64,000 nt of DNA, taken from contig CAXYDN010000007.1 of NCBI GenBank assembly GCA_964276145.1, positions 271,686-335,685 on the forward strand, given 5' to 3'. The DNA comes from an uncultured SAR86 cluster bacterium (lineage in GTDB: Bacteria; Pseudomonadota; Gammaproteobacteria; Magnimaribacterales; D2472). The first letter of the stretch is position 1. Each line of letters begins with the position of its first letter. A program made the position numbers and the translations under genes. Positions 14,014 to 24,052 of this stretch are shown here, in pieces. A model generated the notes under the pieces. The model saw only the letters and a program-made list of their open reading frames with translations. It searched no databases and was not told the DNA's origin.

Positions 14014-14655
14014 TTATAAAGATAGATTTGATATTTTCATTGCAACTATTGAAATAGACATTTCATCAGAATACTGCTCTTTTGCAAGTAAATATTGTTC
14101 TTTTGCAAGTTGGTTTTTTTCTTGTTTATTTAAAATATCACCAGAAAGCTCATGAATAATAGGGCTTGAAGAGGAAGAATATTTTTCAAGCATTTGTAAT
14201 GCTGAATCATAGTTTTTATCCACATAAAGCAATCTTGCGGCATTGACTCTGGCAATCTTGTTAAATAAGTCATTCCCACCAATACCATCGGTTATGTCTA
14301 TAAGTAATTTAAATAATTCTAGAGATTTGGTAAGCTCTCCTAATCTTGCATATGATGAAGCTTGATTAAGTAATGCAACTTTTGTGTATCCAGTGTTTTT
14401 ATAGGAATCTACGAGTTCATTAAATAGCTGATCAGACAACATCTGGCCTTCTTCCGTTTCTATTTCTTGCGCAATCCAATCATTATAAATCTTTGCTGCT
14501 TTTTCATTATTGACTTTTGATAGCTGATTTAAAATAATAAAACTGGATACTGCTATTATTGATATGGCAGTAAGTACTAAAATGTAATTACGATACTTTT
14601 CATAAAAATTTCTTACTGATGCTAATCCAGCATTGTGTTCGTATACTTCATTCAT
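14014..14655 (-). CDS. yfgM: YfgM-like membrane-anchored TPR protein (ancillary SecYEG-associated)
   Basis: 213 aa with a single N-terminal TM segment and a helical TPR-like body, placed between hisS and bamB as in E. coli and Pseudomonas. Confidence 0.75.
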   Translation of the reverse strand: MNEVYEHNAGLASVRNFYEKYRNYILVLTAISIIAVSSFIILNQLSKVNNEKAAKIYNDWIAQEIETEEGQMLSDQLFNELVDSYKNTGYTKVALLNQASSYARLGELTKSLELFKLLIDITDGIGGNDLFNKIARVNAARLLYVDKNYDSALQMLEKYSSSSSPIIHELSGDILNKQEKNQLAKEQYLLAKEQYSDEMSISIVAMKISNLSL

Positions 14656-14669
14656 AATTATTCTTATTC

Positions 14670-15932
14670 CTAAATAGTTTGATAGAAACTGTATAACTCA
14701 TCAATAGAGACAGTTTGCTGATCTTTAAGTTCATCATTTAAATGCTTTATAACAGCAGTGTTATTTTTTAACTCATCTTCACCAATGATGATTGCATAAT
14801 CTGCATTATCTTTATTAGCTCTTCTTAATTTTGATTTAAGACTACCTTCTGATAAATGAATATCTAAAACTATCTTTTTATTTAAAGACCTAAGTTGGTG
14901 GGCTATTTTATATGCTTTTGGCTCTAAATTACTAGTAACAACAAGAAATGAAACAATTTTTCTAGATGGAACATCAATGCTAACCAAATCCGCAAATCTC
15001 TCTATTCCTATCGCCATTCCGATTGATGGCAAATCTTTGCCCCCTAGCTTTTTACAAAGATGATCATATCTGCCACCTCCTAAAAAAGAATCTTGAGCAC
15101 CTAGCTCTGATGAAATAGCCTCAAATACGAATCCGGAATAGTAATCCAAACCTCTCACTAATGAATAATCTATCTCAATATTGCATAAATCTGAAAATTC
15201 ATTTTGAATTGACCTTAATAAATTTATAGATGTTTTATCTATAAAGTCTTTAATTGAAGGAGCATTTTTTAATAATTCTTGTGTTTTTATACTCTTGCTA
15301 TCAAGAACTCTTAAAGGATTTTTACTGAGTCTTTGAAGATCTTTATTATCTAACGAATCTTTAAATGGCTGAAGATACTTAACAAGTGCATCACAGAATG
15401 CTTGTTTGTTTTCTTTTGTTCCAAGATGATTAATCTTTATTGAACAATTTTGTAAATTAAATCTATTAATAATTGTGCATACTAGAGAAATCATTTCAAA
15501 TTCTGGAAATCCTTCTTTTATTCCAAGTATTTCTACACCAGCTTGATTGAATTGCCTATATCTACCTTTTTGAGGTCTTTCATACCGCCACATTGGACCC
15601 ATGTACCAAAGTTTATGCGATGTTTGATCTAATTTTTTTTCTATAATAGACCTTATTACACTTGCTGTACCTTCTGGTCTTAGAGCAATAGCTTTATCAT
15701 TTCTATCATTAAATATATAAATTTCTTTATTAACAATGTCTGATGTATTGCCAACTGATCTGTTAAAAAGATTTGCATCCTCAAGAGCAGGTGTTCTTAT
15801 CTCATCTAGCTTATAACTAATAAAAATTTCTTTAATTATTTGCTCTACTTCAAAGAGCTTAAAAGATAAATTATTTTTATCGCCATCACTATGATGGTCT
15901 GGCATGCCGGTCAATGATTTAATCTTGTCCAA
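14670..15932 (-). CDS. hisS: Histidine--tRNA ligase
   Basis: 420 aa with class II motifs (LRPEGTAS, YRYERPQKGRYRQF, GGGRYD) and a C-terminal anticodon-binding domain. Confidence 0.96.
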   Translation of the reverse strand: MDKIKSLTGMPDHHSDGDKNNLSFKLFEVEQIIKEIFISYKLDEIRTPALEDANLFNRSVGNTSDIVNKEIYIFNDRNDKAIALRPEGTASVIRSIIEKKLDQTSHKLWYMGPMWRYERPQKGRYRQFNQAGVEILGIKEGFPEFEMISLVCTIINRFNLQNCSIKINHLGTKENKQAFCDALVKYLQPFKDSLDNKDLQRLSKNPLRVLDSKSIKTQELLKNAPSIKDFIDKTSINLLRSIQNEFSDLCNIEIDYSLVRGLDYYSGFVFEAISSELGAQDSFLGGGRYDHLCKKLGGKDLPSIGMAIGIERFADLVSIDVPSRKIVSFLVVTSNLEPKAYKIAHQLRSLNKKIVLDIHLSEGSLKSKLRRANKDNADYAIIIGEDELKNNTAVIKHLNDELKDQQTVSIDELYSFYQTI

Positions 15933-15933
15933 T

Positions 15934-17034
15934 TTAGCTCCTTGCTATTATTTCTGTTGAATTTCTTAGTGAGAGTTTTTCTCTAACCTTTTCTTCGATT
16001 TCTTCAACAAGATTTTCACTACTAATTTTTTTATCAGGAGCGCCATCAACATATAATAAATTACTTGGGCTTGCTCCGGTAAGACCTATTTCTGCTGCTT
16101 TACTCTCACCTGGACCATTTACATAACATCCAATAATAGCGACCTCTATATCTTCAGAGATGTCTTCAAGTCTTTCTTCTAATTCATTTACGACCTCTAT
16201 AACGTTAAAGTTTTGTCTTGAGCAGCTTGGACAAGCGATAATTTTAACCCCTCTACTCCTGATATTAAGACTTTTTAAAATATCCCAGCCTACTTTAATT
16301 TCATCAACAGGATCAGATGCTAGAGAAATTCTAATAGTATCTCCAATACCTTCCGACAAAAGCATACCAACACCAATGGATGACTTTACAGTTCCTGCCC
16401 TATAACTTCCAGCTTCTGTAATTCCAAGATGAAGAGGTTGCTTAATTAAATTAGATATTTTTCTATAAGCCTCAACCGTCATTTCAATATTCGATGCTTT
16501 TAGGCTCATTTTATAATTTTCAAAATTAAATTTATCTAAGATATCAACATGCCTTAAAGCAGACTCGACTAAGGCATCAGCATTGGGTTCTCCATATTTT
16601 TTTTGGAGATCTTTTTCTAATGATCCTGCATTAACTCCAACACGAATGGGAACATTATTATAGATAGCTGCAGAAATGACTTCTTTAATTTTTGATTCTT
16701 TTCCAATGTTACCAGGATTTATACGTAAACAATCTGCAGTATCGGCAACCGCAAGAGCAATCTTGTAATCAAAATGAATATCTGCAACAAGCGGAATAGC
16801 TACAGCACTTTTTATTTCTTTGAAGGCCTTTGCTTCATCAAACCCTGGAACTGAAACTCTAACTATGTCTGCTCCAGCTGCTTCTAAATCATTGATCTGT
16901 TTTACAGTTGACAAGACATCACGTGTATCAGTATTTGTCATAGATTGAATAGCTATTGGATTAGATCCACCTATTGAAACATCGCCAACGTTGACAACTT
17001 TTGTATCTTTTCTAGTAATCCAGTTACTCATCAT
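15934..17034 (-). CDS. ispG: 4-hydroxy-3-methylbut-2-enyl diphosphate synthase
   Basis: 366 aa with a TIM-barrel N-domain (IQSMTNTDT) and 4Fe-4S Cys residues (CPSCSR...GCYVNGPGE). Confidence 0.96.
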   Translation of the reverse strand: MMSNWITRKDTKVVNVGDVSIGGSNPIAIQSMTNTDTRDVLSTVKQINDLEAAGADIVRVSVPGFDEAKAFKEIKSAVAIPLVADIHFDYKIALAVADTADCLRINPGNIGKESKIKEVISAAIYNNVPIRVGVNAGSLEKDLQKKYGEPNADALVESALRHVDILDKFNFENYKMSLKASNIEMTVEAYRKISNLIKQPLHLGITEAGSYRAGTVKSSIGVGMLLSEGIGDTIRISLASDPVDEIKVGWDILKSLNIRSRGVKIIACPSCSRQNFNVIEVVNELEERLEDISEDIEVAIIGCYVNGPGESKAAEIGLTGASPSNLLYVDGAPDKKISSENLVEEIEEKVREKLSLRNSTEIIARS

Positions 17035-17806
17035 TAAAAATAATAGTATTTACTCTAAGTCTATTAGCATTAGTAATAAAATCAATGCTATCTCTATTAT
17101 ATGTTCCCTCTATATGGTCCGCATTTCCAACAACAACCTTGAAGGGTTTTTTAATATCTAACAAATAGGTATCACCTGATTTAAAGAGTTGGTTTGCAAC
17201 TAATTCGTCTCCTGAGTAAACCTCAATCCAGCATTCATCTGAAAAAGTTAAAGTTAATCTATTTTCTATATAATTATTCGTTTTATCAGTCTCTTCATAT
17301 AGCTCTATAGAATCTATTAAATTGTCAGTTACTTTCAAGTTAGTATTTATTGGTATTTCTTTTATATCTGTATTTTTAATATCATCCACAGTGCTTTTTG
17401 AAACATCTTCAATATCTATTTGATTAAAAAAGAAAGACTTGGATAAAATAAATAATATAATAAATACGGCTAATATCACCGCACCTTTTTTTATATTGGG
17501 TGTTAATGAAGAATTAAGTTTTGTTATTGATTTTTCAATGATTTCAGATTTTCTTAAGTTTTCATCATAAATTGATGGGAAGTCACAACTAAGAGATAAG
17601 AAATCTTGATATTTTATAAAATAAGCTCTAGCAAAACTCTCGCTTGGAAAAATAGAATAGTCACCAGATTCTATGGCTTCAATATATTTTATATTCATAA
17701 TAGAAGCTTTAGCTACTTCATTTTTACTAAGGCCAGCTTTTATTCTTCCTGCTATAAAGACTTTTCCAATTTTTACAGAATTTGCTGACTTTGCTTCTAG
17801 TGTCAT
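17024..17806 (-). CDS. rodZ: Cytoskeleton protein RodZ (XRE HTH, one TM segment, C-terminal DUF4115-like domain)
   Basis: 260 aa with an N-terminal HTH ([25 protein letters not shown]), a central TM segment and a beta-rich C-terminus. It sits between rlmN and ispG. Confidence 0.8.
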   Translation of the reverse strand: MTLEAKSANSVKIGKVFIAGRIKAGLSKNEVAKASIMNIKYIEAIESGDYSIFPSESFARAYFIKYQDFLSLSCDFPSIYDENLRKSEIIEKSITKLNSSLTPNIKKGAVILAVFIILFILSKSFFFNQIDIEDVSKSTVDDIKNTDIKEIPINTNLKVTDNLIDSIELYEETDKTNNYIENRLTLTFSDECWIEVYSGDELVANQLFKSGDTYLLDIKKPFKVVVGNADHIEGTYNRDSIDFITNANRLRVNTIIFNDE

Positions 17807-18888
17807 GATATGGATTGATGTGATATAAGTTTTTTTCCTTTAACTGATTTAGCTAATTTACCAACCAATTGTCCACAAGCTCCATCTATAGCATCACCCC
17901 TAGTCACCCTAAGTGTTGTTATAAAACCCTTATTCATTAGAACCTTTTTAAAAACTTCTATATTTTTATTATTAGATCTTTTATAGTTTGAGCCATCAAA
18001 TGGATTAAACGGTATCAAATTTATTTTACATGAAATGTTTGATAACAACTTTGCTAACTTTTTAGCAAGCTCCTCAGAATCATTAACTCCATCTATAAGA
18101 ACATATTCAATAGTAATACTTCTTTTACCATCATAAAAATCTAGATACCTGTTGCATGACTTCATTAATACACTAATTGGGTATTTTTTATTAATTGGAA
18201 CTATTTCATCCCTAAGCTCATTAGTTGGAGCATGAAGAGATATTGCAAGTGATACGTCAATCTCATTAAAAAGCTGATCAATTTGCGGAGTAATTCCAGA
18301 AGTACTAATTGTAATTCTTTTTCTGGATAGGCCATATGCAAGCTGTTCTTTCATTATTTTTGCTGATTCAATCACTGGTATAAAATTAAGTAAAGGTTCA
18401 CCCATTCCCATAAAAACAACATTCGTTATTAGAGGTTCATTATTGCTACTAAAGTTTGCAAGCCAAAGCTGGCCAATTATTTCATCTGCAGTTAAATTTT
18501 TTTCGAAGCCCTGAGCTCCAGTTGCACAAAATGTACACTGAAGTGCACAACCAGCCTGTGAAGAGATACACAATGTCATTCTTTTCTTTTCAGGTATCCG
18601 TACCATCTCAACCATTGAACCTGATTCGAGTTTTACTAAATACTTTATAGTCCCCTCAGGAGAAGTATGAATTTCTTCAATTTTTGGTGGTAATAATATA
18701 GCCAAAGATTTTAGCCTAGATCTTAAATGTTTATTAAAATCAGACATTTCTTCAAAATCTAGAATACCTTTTTGATGGACCCATTTAATAAGCTGTTTAG
18801 CTCTAAACCTCGGTTCACCAATTTTTGCAAAGAAATCTTCTAGAGATTGAAGTGAAAACCCTAAAAGATTTACCTTTTTCTCAGACAA
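17803..18888 (-). CDS. rlmN: 23S rRNA m2A2503 / tRNA methyltransferase RlmN (radical SAM)
   Basis: 361 aa with the radical SAM motif CALQCTFCATG and the C-terminal catalytic Cys context DGACGQL. Confidence 0.94.
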   Translation of the reverse strand: MSEKKVNLLGFSLQSLEDFFAKIGEPRFRAKQLIKWVHQKGILDFEEMSDFNKHLRSRLKSLAILLPPKIEEIHTSPEGTIKYLVKLESGSMVEMVRIPEKKRMTLCISSQAGCALQCTFCATGAQGFEKNLTADEIIGQLWLANFSSNNEPLITNVVFMGMGEPLLNFIPVIESAKIMKEQLAYGLSRKRITISTSGITPQIDQLFNEIDVSLAISLHAPTNELRDEIVPINKKYPISVLMKSCNRYLDFYDGKRSITIEYVLIDGVNDSEELAKKLAKLLSNISCKINLIPFNPFDGSNYKRSNNKNIEVFKKVLMNKGFITTLRVTRGDAIDGACGQLVGKLAKSVKGKKLISHQSIS

Positions 18889-18890
18889 AT

Positions 18891-19316
18891 TTATTTAGAT
18901 ACTATTTCTTCATCTTTGAAAAAATAATTAATCTCCCTCACTGCACTTATTTCTGAATCGGATCCATGAACAGCATTAGCATCAATACTGTTAGCAAAAT
19001 CAGCCCTTATAGTTCCAGGAGCAGCATCTTGAGGATTTGTATTTCCCATTAGCTCCCTATTTTTTATAATAGCTCCCTCACCTTCGAGAACTTGGACAAA
19101 TACTGGGCCTGAAGTCATAAATTTCTTTAAATCGTTAAAAAATGGCCTGCCTTCATGTTCAGCATAAAAACCTGATGCCGCTTGGTCATCAAGTTGTATT
19201 AGCTTGCCAGCTATTAAATGAAGACCATTTTCTTCAAATCTTGAAATTATTTTTCCAATGATATTTTTAGATACTGCGTCAGGTTTAATAATAGATAATG
19301 TTTGTTCAATTGCCAT
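18891..19316 (-). CDS. ndk: Nucleoside diphosphate kinase
   Basis: 141 aa with TLSIIKPDA and the active-site NAVHGSD. Confidence 0.97.
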   Translation of the reverse strand: MAIEQTLSIIKPDAVSKNIIGKIISRFEENGLHLIAGKLIQLDDQAASGFYAEHEGRPFFNDLKKFMTSGPVFVQVLEGEGAIIKNRELMGNTNPQDAAPGTIRADFANSIDANAVHGSDSEISAVREINYFFKDEEIVSK

Positions 19317-19357
19317 GTTTAAATTCCTTATAAAAAATTTTAGCTATTATATGGGAC

Positions 19358-19561
19358 TTATAGATATTCTTCTATCCATAACATCTGAATAGCTTCAAGA
19401 ATTTTTTCATTTGAACTTTGTGGATCGCCATTAAAATCGTCTAATTCACATATTTTTTTATGCAGATCAGGAAAACTAATCCATTGAGGATCAATTTCAG
19501 GAAATTTATCGAATAACTCCATAGCTATTTCATTTGTATCAAGCCATTCTATATTAGTCAT
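19358..19561 (-). CDS. iscX: Fe-S assembly protein IscX
   Basis: 67-aa acidic protein immediately after fdx, sharing 1 nt in a TAATG stop/start overlap. It has an IscX-like W..D...A.EL motif. Confidence 0.85.
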   Translation of the reverse strand: MTNIEWLDTNEIAMELFDKFPEIDPQWISFPDLHKKICELDDFNGDPQSSNEKILEAIQMLWIEEYL

Positions 19562-19899
19562 TAGTGATTTTCTGAGACCATATTTATATTATATTTAGGT
19601 ACTTCTATCTCTATGTCTTGGTCTTTTGGAAAGGCCTGACAGCTTAATCTTGAGGTTTGTTCAAGGCCCCATGCTTTATCTAATAAATCCTCTTCTATGT
19701 CACTTGCATCATCAAGGCTTTCAAAGCCTTTTCTTACAATACAATGACATGTCGTGCATGCCGCAGACATTTCACAAGCATGCTCTATCTGAATTCCATT
19801 TCTTAGTGCTGCCTCGCATATTGTTTCATCTGGAAGACTTTCTATAGTAATACCCTCTGGACATAATTCCTCATGAGGTAAAATTTTAATTCTACTCAT
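19561..19899 (-). CDS. fdx: ISC-type [2Fe-2S] ferredoxin
   Basis: 112 aa with an adrenodoxin-type Cys pattern (CEMSAACTTCHC ... C at about +36). Confidence 0.93.
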   Translation of the reverse strand: MSRIKILPHEELCPEGITIESLPDETICEAALRNGIQIEHACEMSAACTTCHCIVRKGFESLDDASDIEEDLLDKAWGLEQTSRLSCQAFPKDQDIEIEVPKYNINMVSENH

Positions 19900-19902
19900 T
19901 AA

Positions 19903-20244
19903 TTATATTGTGAAGCTTTCACCACATCCGCAAACAGCTTTAGCATTTGGATTAATAAATTTAATACCTTGATTTAATCCCTCTTTTTTGTAATCGACCA
20001 AACTTCCTTTTAAGAAGCTAAGACTGTTGTGATCAACAAAAATTTTACAGCCATTTTGGTCAAAAATTATCCCATTACTTTCAAAGTTATCAACAAAATC
20101 AAAATAATACTCATAACCTGAGCATCCAGCCTTTCTTACTCCAATTTTAATACCTTCCCCTTTGCCCCTATTTTTTAAGCTAGATATAAAATGATTAATG
20201 GCCTCATCTGAAAAATTTAAATCTGATGAACTGAAAACTTTCAT
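19903..20244 (-). CDS. iscA: Iron-sulfur cluster insertion protein IscA
   Basis: A-type carrier with GCSGYEY and C-terminal CGCGESF. The tracked ORF runs to 20304 but would then overlap iscU by 53 nt. I prefer the internal ATG at 20244 (MKVFSSSDLNF...), which gives a canonical length of about 113 aa. Confidence 0.9.
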   Translation of the reverse strand: MKVFSSSDLNFSDEAINHFISSLKNRGKGEGIKIGVRKAGCSGYEYYFDFVDNFESNGIIFDQNGCKIFVDHNSLSFLKGSLVDYKKEGLNQGIKFINPNAKAVCGCGESFTI

Positions 20245-20251
20245 AATGTAT

Positions 20252-20656
20252 TTATTGTTTAGATTCGTAATCTTCGATTGCTTGTTTAATTGAATCTTCT
20301 GCAAGCACCGAACAATGTATCTTAATTGGAGGTAGCTCTAAAGCATCAACAATTTCTTTATTTTTTATCTCTTTCGCTTCCTCTAGTGTCTTCCCAATTA
20401 ACATCTCAACAAGCTCACTAGATGATGCTATAGCTGAGCCACAGCCATAAGTCTTAAATTTAACATCTTTAATAACATGGGTATTACCTGATGGTTCGCA
20501 TTTGATTTGTAATTTCATGACATCTCCACATGCTGGAGCTCCAACCATACCCGTTCCAATATTTTCTTCAGACGGATCAAATCTGCCAACATTAAAAGCC
20601 TTAGGATTATTTAAAGTATTTTCAAATTTATCTACAACTTTTTTACTATAAGCCAT
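20252..20656 (-). CDS. iscU: Fe-S cluster assembly scaffold IscU
   Basis: 134 aa with GAPACGDVM, the Hsp70-binding LPPIK (LPPVK-type) motif, and the HC context (IHCSVLAED). Confidence 0.97.
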   Translation of the reverse strand: MAYSKKVVDKFENTLNNPKAFNVGRFDPSEENIGTGMVGAPACGDVMKLQIKCEPSGNTHVIKDVKFKTYGCGSAIASSSELVEMLIGKTLEEAKEIKNKEIVDALELPPIKIHCSVLAEDSIKQAIEDYESKQ

Positions 20657-20671
20657 AATTTATCTCCATAT

Positions 20672-21892
20672 TTAGTGTGCATCCCATTTTACTGTGTCTA
20701 GATCAATTCCGTCTAAATGCATCTCCCATAAAGGTGAAAGCTCACGCAATCTATCTACAACATTATGTAAAATAGATAATGTATTATCTACTTCGTCATC
20801 ATTCGTAAACCTTCCAAAAGAAAATCTTATTGAGCTATGCGCCAATTCATCTTTTCTTCCCAACGCCCTCAATACATATGATGGCTCTAGACTTGCGGAT
20901 GTACATGCAGACCCTGATGAGACTGCAATATCTTTTAGTCCCATGATGAGCGACTCTCCTTCAACGAAATTAAAACTTATATTGAGTATGTTAGGTACTT
21001 TATTGTTAATGTCTCCATTAATATAAGCATGTTCAATTTTCATAGCTTCTTTAAGAAATTTTGTATGAAATGCTGTAACTTTTGCATGATCTTCTTTCAT
21101 TTCTTCTTTAGCAATTCTGAATGCTTCACCCATACCTACTATTTGATGTGGAGCCAGTGTTCCTGATCTCATGCCTCTTTCATGCCCACCGCCATGAATT
21201 AAGGCCTCAATTCTAACTCGAGGCTTTCTTCTAACAAACAATGCGCCAATTCCTTTTGGACCATAAGTCTTATGCGCTGAAAATGACATAAGATCGACGG
21301 GTAAAACTGATAAGTCAATTTCAACTTTACCAGTACTCTGAGCTGCATCTACATGAAAAAAAACACCAGAATTTCTTGTGATCTCGCCGATTGCATCTAA
21401 ATCATTTAAAGTTCCAAGCTCATTATTGATATGCATTAATGAAACCAATATTGTATTTTCTTTAATGGCATCTTTAACTTGACCAGGGTGAATAATACCT
21501 CCATCATCAGGTTCCAAATAAGTTACCTCAAAGCCTTCTCTTTCAAGTTGTCTACATGGATCAAGGACAGCTTTATGTTCTATTTTTGAAGTAATAATAT
21601 GATTACCCTTTGATTTATAGAATCTTGCAACACCTTTGACAGCTAAATTATCAGCTTCAGTAGCCCCTGATGTCCAGACAATTTCTCTTGGATCACAGTT
21701 AACTAAATTTGCGACATGCGATCTAGCTTCTTCCACTGCATCATCAGCCTTCCAGCCATATCTGTGTGAGCGTGAAGCTGGATTACCAAACTCCCCATCT
21801 GGAGTTAAAAATTGCATCATTTTTGATGCAACCCTTGGATCAACAGGAGTTGTGGACGCATAATCTAAATATATTGTTGAATTGATAGTCAT
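20672..21892 (-). CDS. iscS: Cysteine desulfurase IscS
   Basis: 406 aa with the PLP-Lys context [12 protein letters not shown] and the active-site loop SSGSACTS. Confidence 0.97.
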   Translation of the reverse strand: MTINSTIYLDYASTTPVDPRVASKMMQFLTPDGEFGNPASRSHRYGWKADDAVEEARSHVANLVNCDPREIVWTSGATEADNLAVKGVARFYKSKGNHIITSKIEHKAVLDPCRQLEREGFEVTYLEPDDGGIIHPGQVKDAIKENTILVSLMHINNELGTLNDLDAIGEITRNSGVFFHVDAAQSTGKVEIDLSVLPVDLMSFSAHKTYGPKGIGALFVRRKPRVRIEALIHGGGHERGMRSGTLAPHQIVGMGEAFRIAKEEMKEDHAKVTAFHTKFLKEAMKIEHAYINGDINNKVPNILNISFNFVEGESLIMGLKDIAVSSGSACTSASLEPSYVLRALGRKDELAHSSIRFSFGRFTNDDEVDNTLSILHNVVDRLRELSPLWEMHLDGIDLDTVKWDAH

Positions 21893-22323
21893 AATATTTC
21901 TCTTAACTCTATATATGGGTTTTTATTTGATTCTACAAGGTTGTTAATTGTTATTTTAGTTAAATAATTATCTACAACTTGATTAAGTTCATGCCATAAA
22001 TTATGTGTGTTACATTTTTTTCCATCATTACATGAATGTAAACCATTACAATTTGTAGCATCTAAATCTTCCTCAACTGCGTTCATGATTTCTTTAATAG
22101 AAATGCTAGATGGGTCTCTTGCATATATATAGCCACCATTTCTGCCTCTTGAACTTTGAACTATTCCAGCAATTCTTAGTTTCCTAAATATTTGCTCAAG
22201 ATAATTTAGTTCAATATTTTGTTTAGTAGCTATATCAGATAAAGAGACTGGACCTGATGATTCTAGTAAATGAAGTTCTGCAAGAGCACTTACAGCATAC
22301 TTACTTTTTGTAGTTAGTTTCAC
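21889..22323 (-). CDS. iscR: Rrf2-family Fe-S regulator IscR (GTG start)
   Basis: 144 aa with an Rrf2 wHTH ([12 protein letters not shown]...ISLSDIA) and a Cys cluster (C..C.....C) for 2Fe-2S. It heads the isc operon and has a perfect IscR type-1 box just upstream. Confidence 0.92.
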   Translation of the reverse strand: MKLTTKSKYAVSALAELHLLESSGPVSLSDIATKQNIELNYLEQIFRKLRIAGIVQSSRGRNGGYIYARDPSSISIKEIMNAVEEDLDATNCNGLHSCNDGKKCNTHNLWHELNQVVDNYLTKITINNLVESNKNPYIELREIL

Positions 22324-22336
22324 GCATGAATTATAA

Positions 22337-22361
22337 ATACCTGACTAATTTAGTCAACTAT
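22337..22361 (-). promoter_or_regulatory. IscR type-1 operator, with a putative iscR promoter at 22360-22387
   Basis: On the iscR strand the site reads ATAGTTGACTAAATTAGTCAGGTAT. This matches the E. coli type-1 consensus ATASYYGACTRWWWYAGTCRRSTAT at 25/25 positions. Immediately upstream are TATAAT (22360-22365) and TTGCCG (22382-22387) with a 16-nt spacer. The box spans the purC stop codon. Confidence 0.75.
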
Positions 22362-23072
22362 TATATTCATTCCTAACCTATCGGCAACTTGATGGTAAGA
22401 CTCAACAACGTCTCCAAGGCCTTGCCTGAATCTATCTTTGTCCATTTTTTTAAGTGTTTCTGAATCCCATAGCCTGCATCCATCAGGTGTAAACTCATCA
22501 GCTAATAAAATTCTTCCCTTGCTGCAAACTCCAAATTCAACTTTAAAATCAACTAAAATTAAACCAGAATTGATGAATAGATCTGAAAGAATTGCATTAA
22601 CTTTATAGGTTAATTTCTTCATATCGTCAATTTGATCTTTTGAAGCCCACTTAAATGAAATAATATGCTCATCATTAATAAGCGGGTCTCCAAGATCATC
22701 ATCTTTAAGGAAAAATTCAAATAAAGGACTTTCCAAAACAAGGCCATCTTCGGTTCCTAGTCTTCTGCATATCGACCCAGATGCTCTATTTCTTATAACG
22801 CATTCAATAGGAAACATACTCAATTTCTTAACAAGTGAATCATTATTATTAATAATTTGTATGTGATGGGTTTCAACACCATTCTTTTCTAAATGATCCA
22901 TGATAAAAGCATTGAATTGATTATTAACAGCTCCTTTGCCAAGCAATGCTTCCTTCTTTTTTCCATCAAAAGCAGAAGTATCGTCACTAAAGTGCATTAC
23001 TAATTGCTCTTCATTAGTTGTAGTAAAAAGAGATTTTGCTTTACCTTTAGTTAATTCTTTAATTTTTTCCAT
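22350..23072 (-). CDS. purC: SAICAR synthetase
   Basis: 240 aa with GKAKSLF, FSDDTSAFDG and LADEFTPDGCRLWD motifs. Confidence 0.96.
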   Translation of the reverse strand: MEKIKELTKGKAKSLFTTTNEEQLVMHFSDDTSAFDGKKKEALLGKGAVNNQFNAFIMDHLEKNGVETHHIQIINNNDSLVKKLSMFPIECVIRNRASGSICRRLGTEDGLVLESPLFEFFLKDDDLGDPLINDEHIISFKWASKDQIDDMKKLTYKVNAILSDLFINSGLILVDFKVEFGVCSKGRILLADEFTPDGCRLWDSETLKKMDKDRFRQGLGDVVESYHQVADRLGMNIIVD

Positions 23073-23080
23073 TTTATACC

Positions 23081-24052
23081 TTAGCTTAATGATTCATTAA
23101 TAATTGATATTAGCTTCTCTGATTCAATGATATTATCATCTTTTGAAAAAGCCCTGACATAAGTTTTATTATTTTTTTCTATAATTTTTACTTCAAACTG
23201 TGAATCATCAAATATGATATTTTCATTAGTATTTTTTCTAAAATTTAAGAAAGATAAAAATCCACCATCTTCCTCATTTGAATAACTAACATAGAATATG
23301 CCATTGCTCCTATCCCTATCATTTGTATAAATATTTGATGCATCCATCGCTTTTGAAACTGAGGACCAGGCTCTATCAAAATTTAAATCAAGTTCTATAA
23401 CTGTTCTTCCATCTTCTACAAAGATTTTAGCTTTCTTCATTTCATTTAGGTTTTGTGCTGCCAATGAAGTTCCAGAAAATTGACCAACAGATTCAGCAAA
23501 ATAACTAACTAGACTACTAAGCTCTGTCTGAATAAGCTCAGGATTACTAAGTATTTCTTCAGATTCTATGTCTATCTGAGCAAGAAAGATTTCTGTTGAT
23601 GCTTCTTTTATTCCATGCTCTATTTTCATCTTTAATATACTTGTTTCATCATAACTAATATCTATGACTCCACTAATAGGATTATTTTCAATGATTTCAT
23701 AAGACGACGTTTCCCAAAAACTTTTTGATATTGGCCATGATGTCGATGGAAGAGTTTCAACATAAATCCACATCAATTCTCCAAGCCTTCTTAACTGAAC
23801 AGAGCTGTTTCCTGATGAAGAAAATATTTGCCTAGGCTTGGGGACATCTTGATTTTCTAGGAGCTCCTTTGTCTTATCAACTGGGTAATGATTTTCAGCT
23901 ATAAATAACTCTAAATCCATTGGAAGCATGATATTTTCTTCAACCTTTTCTTCAAGAAATTTGTCTTTTGTTGGAGGAAATAATCCTTCAGGACCAGAAA
24001 TATATGAACATGAAGTAAGAAGAAGAGAAATTGTTAATATTCTTTTTGTCAT
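23081..24052 (-). CDS. bamC: Outer-membrane protein assembly factor BamC (NlpB-like lipoprotein)
   Basis: 323 aa with lipobox LLTSC and two helix-grip-like repeats that resemble E. coli BamC segments (SWPISKSFWE..., FDRAWSSVSKAMD...). It keeps the conserved dapA-bamC-purC synteny. Confidence 0.75.
   Translation of the reverse strand: MTKRILTISLLLTSCSYISGPEGLFPPTKDKFLEEKVEENIMLPMDLELFIAENHYPVDKTKELLENQDVPKPRQIFSSSGNSSVQLRRLGELMWIYVETLPSTSWPISKSFWETSSYEIIENNPISGVIDISYDETSILKMKIEHGIKEASTEIFLAQIDIESEEILSNPELIQTELSSLVSYFAESVGQFSGTSLAAQNLNEMKKAKIFVEDGRTVIELDLNFDRAWSSVSKAMDASNIYTNDRDRSNGIFYVSYSNEEDGGFLSFLNFRKNTNENIIFDDSQFEVKIIEKNNKTYVRAFSKDDNIIESEKLISIINESLS

Noticed and set aside
20245-20304. N-terminal extensions offered by the ORF track for iscA (to 20304), rpsR (to 51882), ftsQ (to 54257) and possibly ispDF (to 44615).
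   Set aside because: The extensions overlap the upstream conserved gene by 35-76 nt and add Lys/Asn-rich residues absent from orthologues. Internal ATGs give canonical N-termini and the short overlaps typical of this genome.
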